A DNA stretch of 64,000 nt, taken from positions 1,258 to 65,257 of the forward strand of contig CAYMYC010000004.1 in the NCBI GenBank assembly GCA_964394645.1, given 5' to 3'. Shown here in pieces: positions 30,419 to 38,383 of this stretch; within the stretch, counting starts at the first letter, position 1, and the number at the start of each line of letters is the position of its first letter. The notes beneath the pieces were generated by a model, which worked only from the letters and a program-made list of their open reading frames with translations, was not told where the DNA came from and did not search any database. Origin of the DNA: an uncultured Gammaproteobacteria bacterium (GTDB taxonomy: Bacteria; Patescibacteriota; Microgenomatia; Levybacterales; GWA1-39-11). The position numbers and the translations under genes were made by a program.

Positions 30419-31147
30419 TTAATAAACAGAGGTATTTATGAAAGTATTTTGCACATCACCTAGATCTTCTAATTTTTCGATAAGTGAAATTATTTTTGGT
30501 TTTACTTCTCCTGAAATTTCCATTTCATTTATAGGTTTGAATACTAGCTCAGCACTCGCGATCACCATGCCCTTTTCCTCAAGTAGCTTCTTTGCTATAG
30601 CAAGCCTACTTGGATCGACGTAAAAAATCACATCACCCGAGTCTTCTAAAAAATCAGTGCTATCCAGCTCCACTGCAATTTCTAACAACTCATCTGAACT
30701 TTTTCCATTTATCTGTGCTGCAATTTCTCCAACTCTGTTAAATAAATATGAGACAGACCCCTGATTTCCCAATGTTCCACCGTTTTTTTCTAAAACATTT
30801 TTCACTTCAGCAACTGTTCTTTGTTTATTGTCAGTAACCGCCTCTATCAATATTGCAGCACCTCCTGGCGCAAATCCTTCGTATAGCGCCTCTTGTAGAT
30901 CACCTGAGTCAGCACCACCCTTTGCCTTTTGAATTGCACGTTCTATATTTTCCTTAGGCATATTGTAAGAACGAGCTTTATCAATAGCCAATCGAAGTTT
31001 AAAATTTGTCTCAGGATCTACTACTCCACCATTTTGCTTAACAGCTATTACAATAGCATTTGCGAGTTTTGTAAACTGCTGTCCACGCTTAATATCTGCC
31101 GCCCCTTTTTGTCGTTTAATAGTTGCCCATTTTGAATGTCCACTCAT
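30419..31147 (-). CDS. yebC: YebC/PmpR family protein
   Basis: MSGHSKWATIKRQKG, YEGFAPGG, TDNKQRT. Confidence 0.95.
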   Translation of the reverse strand: MSGHSKWATIKRQKGAADIKRGQQFTKLANAIVIAVKQNGGVVDPETNFKLRLAIDKARSYNMPKENIERAIQKAKGGADSGDLQEALYEGFAPGGAAILIEAVTDNKQRTVAEVKNVLEKNGGTLGNQGSVSYLFNRVGEIAAQINGKSSDELLEIAVELDSTDFLEDSGDVIFYVDPSRLAIAKKLLEEKGMVIASAELVFKPINEMEISGEVKPKIISLIEKLEDLGDVQNTFINTSVY

Positions 31148-31203
31148 ATGTTGAAAGGAATTGATTGATTTTTTAAATACTTAAATTCAATAATTCCTAC
31201 AAC

Positions 31204-31248
31204 ATTATACCTTCGCTCCTTGACATTTTCAAGGAAACTAAATAAAAT
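31204..31248. promoter_or_regulatory. Overlapping divergent sigma70 promoters
   Basis: Plus strand TTGACA-17-TAAAAT (31220-31248); minus strand TTGAAA-17-TATAAT (31232-31204). Confidence 0.7.
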
Positions 31249-31285
31249 ATCTCAATTACGTTTTTGAATATTTGCTCGATAATAC

Positions 31286-31936
31286 ATGAGTACAGCCCTT
31301 AAGACACTCGCAATCCAATATGCACTAGCTAACAACTGGAAAGCCGCACAGCAGGCGAATGAAGAACTTATTTTAGAAAATCCACGCGATATTGATTCTC
31401 TCAATAGATTAGGTTTTGCATGCATCAAGCAAGGGAAATATGCAAAAGCACGCGATATTTATAAACAAGTAATTTCGTTGGATAAAACAAATCCAATCGC
31501 ACTTAAAAATCTAAAAAGATTAGAAACTGTATCAAAAGGCACCAAGAAAATAGCGCCAGAAAATAATTCTAATTCCCCAACAATTCTTACCAATATCTAT
31601 ATTGAAGAGGCAGGAAAAACAAAAACAGTTGAGCTGAAAAACGTGGCTGATAGAAAAACTCTTTCTTTTGTGGAACCTGGAGATCCAGTTTCTATGATAG
31701 TTAAACGTTCGAAAATATTTGTTCAAACCCAAGATAAAAAATACATAGGCATGCTACCTGATAATATTTCTATGCGACTAATCACCTTTATTAAGGGAGG
31801 AAATGAATATATTGCCTGCATAAAGGCTGCTGAGGAAAAAAATATTTCCGTTTTTGTAAAAGAAATAAAAAAATCTAGCAAGTTTAAAAATCAGGCATCA
31901 TTTCCTTCTACATTTACCACACAAGACACCGAATAA
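31286..31936 (+). CDS. TPR protein with possible HIRAN-like C-terminal domain
   Basis: TPR pattern SLNRLGFA...GKYAKA...Y...ISLD-x-x-N; C-terminal GDPV...YIGMLP...G. Confidence 0.7.
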   Translation: MSTALKTLAIQYALANNWKAAQQANEELILENPRDIDSLNRLGFACIKQGKYAKARDIYKQVISLDKTNPIALKNLKRLETVSKGTKKIAPENNSNSPTILTNIYIEEAGKTKTVELKNVADRKTLSFVEPGDPVSMIVKRSKIFVQTQDKKYIGMLPDNISMRLITFIKGGNEYIACIKAAEEKNISVFVKEIKKSSKFKNQASFPSTFTTQDTE

Positions 31937-31938
31937 TT

Positions 31939-32088
31939 TTATTTTCTTTTAAATAAAATTTTTTCCTTGTGAAGATTTTCTTTAATCTTTGCTAATTCTT
32001 TAGGCTTTGCCAACTCTGAAAATAAACTGTAAAGTGCCCACAAAAATGATATCCCTAAAAGTACAAAAATTGAAATCCACAAAATCAT
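31939..32088 (-). CDS. 49-aa single-TM microprotein (below the ORF-track cutoff)
   Basis: MILWISIFVLLGISFLWALYSLFSELAKPKELAKIKENLHKEKILFKRK*; TATAAT 6 nt before ATG. Confidence 0.7.
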   Translation of the reverse strand: MILWISIFVLLGISFLWALYSLFSELAKPKELAKIKENLHKEKILFKRK

Positions 32089-32105
32089 AATATCATTATA
32101 CCCCT

Positions 32106-32975
32106 TTACTCTAGTTTTTTTTCAAAATCAGATCCCAAAATAACCCTAATGTCAGAAACACCAATAAATCCTTCGTCAATTTTCACAGGCATTCCTAATA
32201 GGTGAGCCATCCGAACGATAGTTTTTGAGCTCTTTGAAGTAATTATAATTGAACTTTCTACGTTATCAGAAGACCTTATGGATACTATGTTCGCTCCAGC
32301 ATTCCTTAATACTTCCCCAATTATTCCAGCTAAACCGGTAACGGTTGTACCATTTATAATCTCTATACTATATCGCTCGTCAAGCAAGTCCGAATCCTTA
32401 AATATATTGTAGATCTGTTCTCCAGTAACCCCTTCTCTCTCTCCACCCGAGTCTAAGGAAAGTGTTAGAAAGGAAACATCCTTATTGGGAATTGATAAAG
32501 ATAATGATACGAGTTTTATAGAATCCAAAATTGTCATATCTGTATATGCATATTTCCACGGCGTAAACAATTGGTTAATAATGGTCCCAAAGCTTGAAAA
32601 TTTTTCAGGTGTTAGATTTTCAGTTTTCATCTTAGCATCTATGGGTATCCTTAACAGAATACTTTCTTTTAATTTACTTGTGTTTGCGTTTTTCAATCTC
32701 AGAAAAGTAAGTTTTTTCATATCCTTATCATATGAGATAATAAACGGTTTCTTTGCTTCTACAAGAACAGTAAATGAAGATGTGTTATATGTGCTTTTTT
32801 GATAGATAAAAATAAATCTTAGTGCAAGAGCCAAAAGAATAAAAACTCCAACCACTAATAAGAAGTACAGCATATAAGAGATTGAATTTTTTTCTTTTTT
32901 CTCCTCTCGTACTCCCATTATTTTTTTTGGCTTATCAAATGTATTAATGGCTACTTTATTATATTTTAACCTCAT
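32106..32975 (-). CDS. LytR C-terminal domain membrane protein
   Basis: TM, then IEIINGTTVTGLAG and DIRVILGSDF. Confidence 0.75.
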   Translation of the reverse strand: MRLKYNKVAINTFDKPKKIMGVREEKKEKNSISYMLYFLLVVGVFILLALALRFIFIYQKSTYNTSSFTVLVEAKKPFIISYDKDMKKLTFLRLKNANTSKLKESILLRIPIDAKMKTENLTPEKFSSFGTIINQLFTPWKYAYTDMTILDSIKLVSLSLSIPNKDVSFLTLSLDSGGEREGVTGEQIYNIFKDSDLLDERYSIEIINGTTVTGLAGIIGEVLRNAGANIVSIRSSDNVESSIIITSKSSKTIVRMAHLLGMPVKIDEGFIGVSDIRVILGSDFEKKLE

Positions 32976-34684
32976 ATACCCTGTATTCTTTTTATATACT
33001 CTTCCTGTTTCTCTTTTGATACGTGGAAGTTTTCAAGAAGATGTATACCAAGTCTTATCCCAGCTTCAGACTCAGGAAAAATAACTTCATCTGCACCAAG
33101 TTTTAAAAACCCATCCTCATCTTCTTTTTTATTTATTCTGCTTATAATAAAAATGTTTTTATGTAAATACTTAGCTACTTTTATTATTTTTTTATTCTCT
33201 GAAACATCCGAAAAAGTAATTACCAATGCCTTTGCTGACTTCACATGAGCAAGTTCTAAGATGTCCGGATCTGTAGGGTCTCCAAAAAGTGCATGCTTAC
33301 CTACATTTTGTATATCCAAAATTGCTTTTCTATTGTAATCAATTACAACGTATGGAATCTCTGCAACATCCAGAACTGTTCTCATATTTCTCCCTACTCT
33401 ACCATGCCCGCAGATGATAACGTGGTTTATAATTTTTTTTTCACTATGCACTGTTGCACCATGAGTATCCGGAAAGAACTTTTTTAGAAACTTAGATTTA
33501 TTTATTTTTATATGTATTTTTTCAATAATTGTACTTTCAAATGGAATAAAAACGAGAGATAAAACAAAAACAGACAGCAAAAGATAATATGAATCGTTTG
33601 AAATATGGTGATCTAAAAGTGCTAGTTGACCTATTACAACCGCAAATTCTCCTATGTTAATTATGTAGGATGAAATTTTAAGACTTGGAGATAAATTGAA
33701 AAATTGGATTCTTAATAGGCAGTATATTACTATAAATTTTACAACTAGTACCGAGCAGGTTAAAAGAATTATCATCCAAAAATTTTCGATAAAATATGGA
33801 ACTGAAAAAAGCATTCCAGTTAAAACAAAAAAAATGACTAAAAATATATCTCTCAAAGGACGAATTTCAGAAAGTGGTGCAAGATTTTTCCCCTGCTCTG
33901 ATATAATAACTCCCGCAAGAAATGCTGCAATTGCATCCGGTAATCCAGCATACTTCAAAAGTGCTATTGTAATAGCAGCAGTAAAAATAGTAGCTAAAAT
34001 CGTTAATTCATGAGATGGGTATCTAAAAATAATTCCTAAAACACGAGACAAAAAATATTTATTAAAAATAAGCAAAAGCAGAAAAATAGTAATAGGCTTT
34101 ATTGCAGATATGGTCAGTGAACCCAAAATACTAGAAAAAGATCCAGTTGCCTCACCAAATAAAATCGGAAAAAGTATAATTATAGGCACCACAAATAAAT
34201 CCTGAACTAAAAGTAATAAAAAAATTGCATTTCCCGGAAAATTATAAAGCATGCTTTTTTCCTCTAATATCTTTATGACGATCGTAGTTGAAGAAAAGGA
34301 AAAAAGCATTGAAAATAGAATTGCAATTTGAATTGAAAGACCTACATACACCAAAATTGGATAAAGCAGGAATGATGTAATAATTACCTGAAGTATACCT
34401 ACTATTAAAATTCTTTTATCTATCTTTTTAAGCGCATCAAGCGTAATCTCGAACCCGTGAGTGAACAACAAAAGGGAAATTCCCAATTGTGATAGTGCTA
34501 AAAGCCCATCATACGAAGAAAGGAATGGCCGACCAATCAGTGAAAACAAAATACCGCTTGAGATATATCCTAGAACGGGTGGAAGTTTTATTGTACGGGC
34601 TAAAAAACCGCCAAAAAAGGCAGCTGTAGCAATAAATATAATATCCCGTAAGAAAGATTCAGTCATTTCTTTTAGTGTACTCAA
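32972..34684 (-). CDS. CPA2 cation:proton antiporter with TrkA-N (RCK) domain
   Basis: Many TMs, SSTTIVIK, LLVQDL, HVIICGHGRVG, GDPTD. Confidence 0.9.
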   Translation of the reverse strand: MSTLKEMTESFLRDIIFIATAAFFGGFLARTIKLPPVLGYISSGILFSLIGRPFLSSYDGLLALSQLGISLLLFTHGFEITLDALKKIDKRILIVGILQVIITSFLLYPILVYVGLSIQIAILFSMLFSFSSTTIVIKILEEKSMLYNFPGNAIFLLLLVQDLFVVPIIILFPILFGEATGSFSSILGSLTISAIKPITIFLLLLIFNKYFLSRVLGIIFRYPSHELTILATIFTAAITIALLKYAGLPDAIAAFLAGVIISEQGKNLAPLSEIRPLRDIFLVIFFVLTGMLFSVPYFIENFWMIILLTCSVLVVKFIVIYCLLRIQFFNLSPSLKISSYIINIGEFAVVIGQLALLDHHISNDSYYLLLSVFVLSLVFIPFESTIIEKIHIKINKSKFLKKFFPDTHGATVHSEKKIINHVIICGHGRVGRNMRTVLDVAEIPYVVIDYNRKAILDIQNVGKHALFGDPTDPDILELAHVKSAKALVITFSDVSENKKIIKVAKYLHKNIFIISRINKKEDEDGFLKLGADEVIFPESEAGIRLGIHLLENFHVSKEKQEEYIKRIQGI

Positions 34685-34703
34685 TATTTACCTATTTATT
34701 CAA

Positions 34704-35465
34704 CTAGAAAGACTCGAGTGTGTTTAAAAATGAAGCTAGCTCCTCAGGTAGCATGCTTTCGTATACGACTTTTTCCGAGGTTAAAATATCTGTAAATTCT
34801 ATCTTTCCTGCGTGAAGAAAGTGTCTACCTAAAACTTTTCTGTCATTTCGTGCTGTTTTTCGACCTGCATATAATATGTCAGCAAAAATAGGATGATTTA
34901 TGTGCTGAAAATGAACTCTTATCTGGTGTGTGCGCCCTGTCTTAGGATACACCTCGACCAATGTCAAACACTCTCCCATATATTTTTTTTCTTGCAAAAC
35001 TTTGTAGCATGTATAAGCATCTCTTCCCTCTTGTAATATACCAAATCTTGTTCTATTCCAAGGAAGCCTACCTATAGGTTCTTTTATTTCCCCTTCTTGG
35101 GCGTCAAGCTTACCATGCACTAATGCTAGATATGTTTTGTTTACATCATGCGTCTTAAATTTTTCCTGAAGTATCATAAATGTTTCTACATTCTTTGCTA
35201 TTAAAATAATTCCTGAAGTTTCTTTATCTAAGCGGTGCACAATGCCAGATCTAGAAATAAATTCATCAAATTTATTGTACCCATTAACCATGTATTTTTC
35301 TTTTTCTTCAACTGATAATTCATTTTTAAATTTCCCCCTGTACCCCTCTACCCAATCTTGAAGTGTTACGCTTCCTTTTACTGTATCTGCCCTATTAACT
35401 ATCATCTGAGCTGGCTTATCTACTACTAATAGATTGTTATCTTCAAAAATTATATTTATTTTCAT
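34704..35465 (-). CDS. RluA-family pseudouridine synthase
   Basis: VVDKP, IVHRLDKETSG, TGRTHQIRVH, FLHA. Confidence 0.92.
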   Translation of the reverse strand: MKINIIFEDNNLLVVDKPAQMIVNRADTVKGSVTLQDWVEGYRGKFKNELSVEEKEKYMVNGYNKFDEFISRSGIVHRLDKETSGIILIAKNVETFMILQEKFKTHDVNKTYLALVHGKLDAQEGEIKEPIGRLPWNRTRFGILQEGRDAYTCYKVLQEKKYMGECLTLVEVYPKTGRTHQIRVHFQHINHPIFADILYAGRKTARNDRKVLGRHFLHAGKIEFTDILTSEKVVYESMLPEELASFLNTLESF

Positions 35466-35466
35466 A

Positions 35467-36126
35467 TTACTTTCCGGAAATCATACCTTCATGTACAAGA
35501 AGCATAAATGATGCTCCCAAGAAAGTAATCATGCATAAAATTTGAGGTATGGTGAAAAATGAGAAGATAATACGATTTCCTCCAGAAAACTCTGAAACTA
35601 TAGTAAATATTGAAATGAGACATATAAATAAATATGTAATGGTTCCGTCTTTCAGAGTATAATTTTTATATGAGTAAATACCAATTCCAAAAAAGGTGCA
35701 TGAAAGTATAAAAAGCAAAATATTAAAATACAAAAAGTAACCTCCAAAATACGAAACAAACAGAGCAAATAAAAAAATTGGGTACATAGATAATGAGTAT
35801 ATATCAAATATTCTTAATAATATTTTTTTCTTTCTGAATACATAATAAATAACAATCCCAAACCCTAATACTCCACCAATAATAAGTATTCCTGGATACC
35901 TTACTAGGTGAAAAAATTTAACAAAATGAAAAAAGTTGTATCGCTGTTCACCCAATACAAACATCAGTCTTCCTAAAAATATAAAGGCTATATAAGCAAA
36001 AAAGGTAGTATCAAAAATCTCTTGCAACAAAAGACTTTTACGAGCTAATACAAAGTCGTGCTTAACTAGAACATACAGCATGAACAGAGAAACAAATACA
36101 CAAAAAATAAAAAGAATATAAAACAT
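35467..36126 (-). CDS. Lgt-like membrane protein (divergent)
   Basis: GRLMFV, PG-x-x-IIGG-x-LG, K-x-G; the catalytic G-R-x-G-N motif is not recognisable. Confidence 0.5.
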   Translation of the reverse strand: MFYILFIFCVFVSLFMLYVLVKHDFVLARKSLLLQEIFDTTFFAYIAFIFLGRLMFVLGEQRYNFFHFVKFFHLVRYPGILIIGGVLGFGIVIYYVFRKKKILLRIFDIYSLSMYPIFLFALFVSYFGGYFLYFNILLFILSCTFFGIGIYSYKNYTLKDGTITYLFICLISIFTIVSEFSGGNRIIFSFFTIPQILCMITFLGASFMLLVHEGMISGK

Positions 36127-36127
36127 A

Positions 36128-37444
36128 TTATTTGCTCTTAAGAAGCTTTGAAAGAAAAAGTTGGATAGATTCACCGATAATAATTACAGTTCCTAAAATA
36201 ATTAAAACTGAATTAACACCCAAACTATCCGCCAACCCTCCTACTAATACTATTGGCAAGAATGAAAATAAGCCTGTTACTGCAAACAACAAACCGTAAA
36301 TTTTGCTTCTAAAATTATCGGGTATTTTTTCTTGAATTGTTGTTTGTGCAGGAATAAATATTAAAGCATTCCCAATACCAGCAAAAAAAGCTAAAAACAC
36401 AACCATATGAAGAACTGTAATTTCTAAATATGATGGTAATGTCAAATTAAGAGCAGTTACAAAATCTCTGGATGTAACTTTTGACATAAGTGGAAGAAGC
36501 AATAAAATAATTCCTGAAATTAAAACCCCCGCATTCATAAGCTTTGCTCTATTCGCTTTCTTTAAAATAGAACCTACAATAAATGCTGACACTATCATTC
36601 CGAATGCTGCAGGAGCAAATAAAAGTAGGGATACGTTTTCAACTTGAATTTTTAAGATTTCTTTAGCGTATCCAGGAACTATAACTGCCAATATCATGAT
36701 TACAACCTGAGAAAGAATCAGCAAAACAAATGAAGAAGCTACACCTGCAGTTTCATGAAGAATTTTATATGTGTTTACTAAATATGACCTCAGTGTTTCT
36801 TCTACTTCAACAGTAATCCGTTTTCTTACCGTTTTACCACTTTGAAATGCCGAGTATGGAATAAGATATGCAAACATACCTGCCAATAGAAAAAAAACTG
36901 CTATAACAAGAAAAACGTATGCATGTCCTAAAGATAATAGCGCTGGACCAGCCACGACATATCCTACAAGAATCGATCCAAAAAGAGCAAGTCCAAATAA
37001 AGAGTTTGCCGGCACCAATAATTTTTCGGGAACAATATGTGGAATAACCGGTGTTTCAGCCGGAAGGTAAAATTGTGTCACAACAGATATAAGAAGTGCC
37101 AACACATAAACCGCAGCTAGTGAATCATTGAAAAAAAATAAGGGAAGAACAAAAAGTGCACGCCCTATATTTCCAAAAACCAATATCTTTTTCTTATTTC
37201 TGGTATCTGCCACTATTCCTCCTATAAAGCTTAAGAAAACCTGCGGAACAAGAGATATAAGAAGTATCATTGAAACAAGAAAATTTGATGAGGTTAGATT
37301 GAAAACAACAAAAATTAATACCACATTCATCATATTGAATGCTACCTGTGAAAAGACAACAGAAAGAAGGAAATACGCATAAGGTCTGTCTAGTATCAAT
37401 TTAACGAAATCGTGAGTAGAAATTTTCAGCAACATACTTTTCAT
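36128..37444 (-). CDS. MFS transporter
   Basis: About 12 TMs; GGIVADTRNKK motif A; QFYLPAE. Confidence 0.88.
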   Translation of the reverse strand: MKSMLLKISTHDFVKLILDRPYAYFLLSVVFSQVAFNMMNVVLIFVVFNLTSSNFLVSMILLISLVPQVFLSFIGGIVADTRNKKKILVFGNIGRALFVLPLFFFNDSLAAVYVLALLISVVTQFYLPAETPVIPHIVPEKLLVPANSLFGLALFGSILVGYVVAGPALLSLGHAYVFLVIAVFFLLAGMFAYLIPYSAFQSGKTVRKRITVEVEETLRSYLVNTYKILHETAGVASSFVLLILSQVVIMILAVIVPGYAKEILKIQVENVSLLLFAPAAFGMIVSAFIVGSILKKANRAKLMNAGVLISGIILLLLPLMSKVTSRDFVTALNLTLPSYLEITVLHMVVFLAFFAGIGNALIFIPAQTTIQEKIPDNFRSKIYGLLFAVTGLFSFLPIVLVGGLADSLGVNSVLIILGTVIIIGESIQLFLSKLLKSK

Positions 37445-37497
37445 ATCTCACTGACATTATACCGCAAGTAATATGCTTTTAAGAAGGGAAGTTTACG

Positions 37498-38049
37498 TTA
37501 TGCGCGTTTTGTATATGATCCGTCCCTTGTATCAATGACTACTAGATCTCCTATATTTATAAATAGTGGTACACGGGTTCTTATTCCGTTTTCTAAAACT
37601 GCATCCTTATACATATTGGATGCACTATTCCCTTTCACTCCAGGATCGGTTTCTGATACCTTTAGAGTAATTTTAGGAGGCAAAACGACACCCAGAACTT
37701 CTTCTCCATAAAACTCTAATGTGGCATTTGTTCCTTCCTGAAGATACTCTGCTCCATCTAAAACATCCAATGAGGAAGTAACCTGTTCAAATGTACTCGG
37801 ATTCATAAAAAAAGCATTTTCCCCATCTTTATATAGATATTGGTACTCTTTCTTATCAACCGATACAGCATTCACTTGTGCACCGTTTGTAAATCCTTTC
37901 TCTACAACTGCACCTGATCGTACGTTTCTTAATTTTACTTTAATAGTCGCACTCCCCCGACCCATTTTAATGTGTTCGTACGACAAGACGCGAAATAAAT
38001 TTCCATCTTCCTCAAACGTTGCACCAGCCTTTAATTCTTGTACTACCAT
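37498..38049 (-). CDS. efp: Elongation factor P
   Basis: YQYLYKDG, FEQ, TDPGVKGN, VPLFI, IDTR-x-G-x-Y. Confidence 0.95.
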   Translation of the reverse strand: MVVQELKAGATFEEDGNLFRVLSYEHIKMGRGSATIKVKLRNVRSGAVVEKGFTNGAQVNAVSVDKKEYQYLYKDGENAFFMNPSTFEQVTSSLDVLDGAEYLQEGTNATLEFYGEEVLGVVLPPKITLKVSETDPGVKGNSASNMYKDAVLENGIRTRVPLFINIGDLVVIDTRDGSYTKRA

Positions 38050-38095
38050 AGGTACATATTATACAAATTGTGCGAAGAAATTGAAAGAGTATTAG

Positions 38096-38383
38096 TTATC
38101 CTGGAAATTGAGTACGTTTTTTATCGCTCAAAAACCTAATGTGAGCTGCGCTTGGATTTACACCACTTGCTCTTATCATGTCTATAAGCACATCTAAATC
38201 GGGAGATATAGCCACAACCTTTTCTCCATATATCCCAATAAACGTATTAGGGTTTGCTTTTACGAGGTCTCCCACAACTTGTCCTGTGTATAATGTATCT
38301 TTTTTATACTGATCTCTTCCCTGCCTATATTCTGAGGTCATAGGAGAAACAGTTAATGATGATTCAAATTCATGATTTGCCAT
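38096..38383 (-). CDS. Small hypothetical protein (DUF5678-like)
   Basis: L-x-x-x-x-PNTFIGIYGEKVVAISPDL pattern; family call from memory. Confidence 0.5.
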   Translation of the reverse strand: MANHEFESSLTVSPMTSEYRQGRDQYKKDTLYTGQVVGDLVKANPNTFIGIYGEKVVAISPDLDVLIDMIRASGVNPSAAHIRFLSDKKRTQFPG

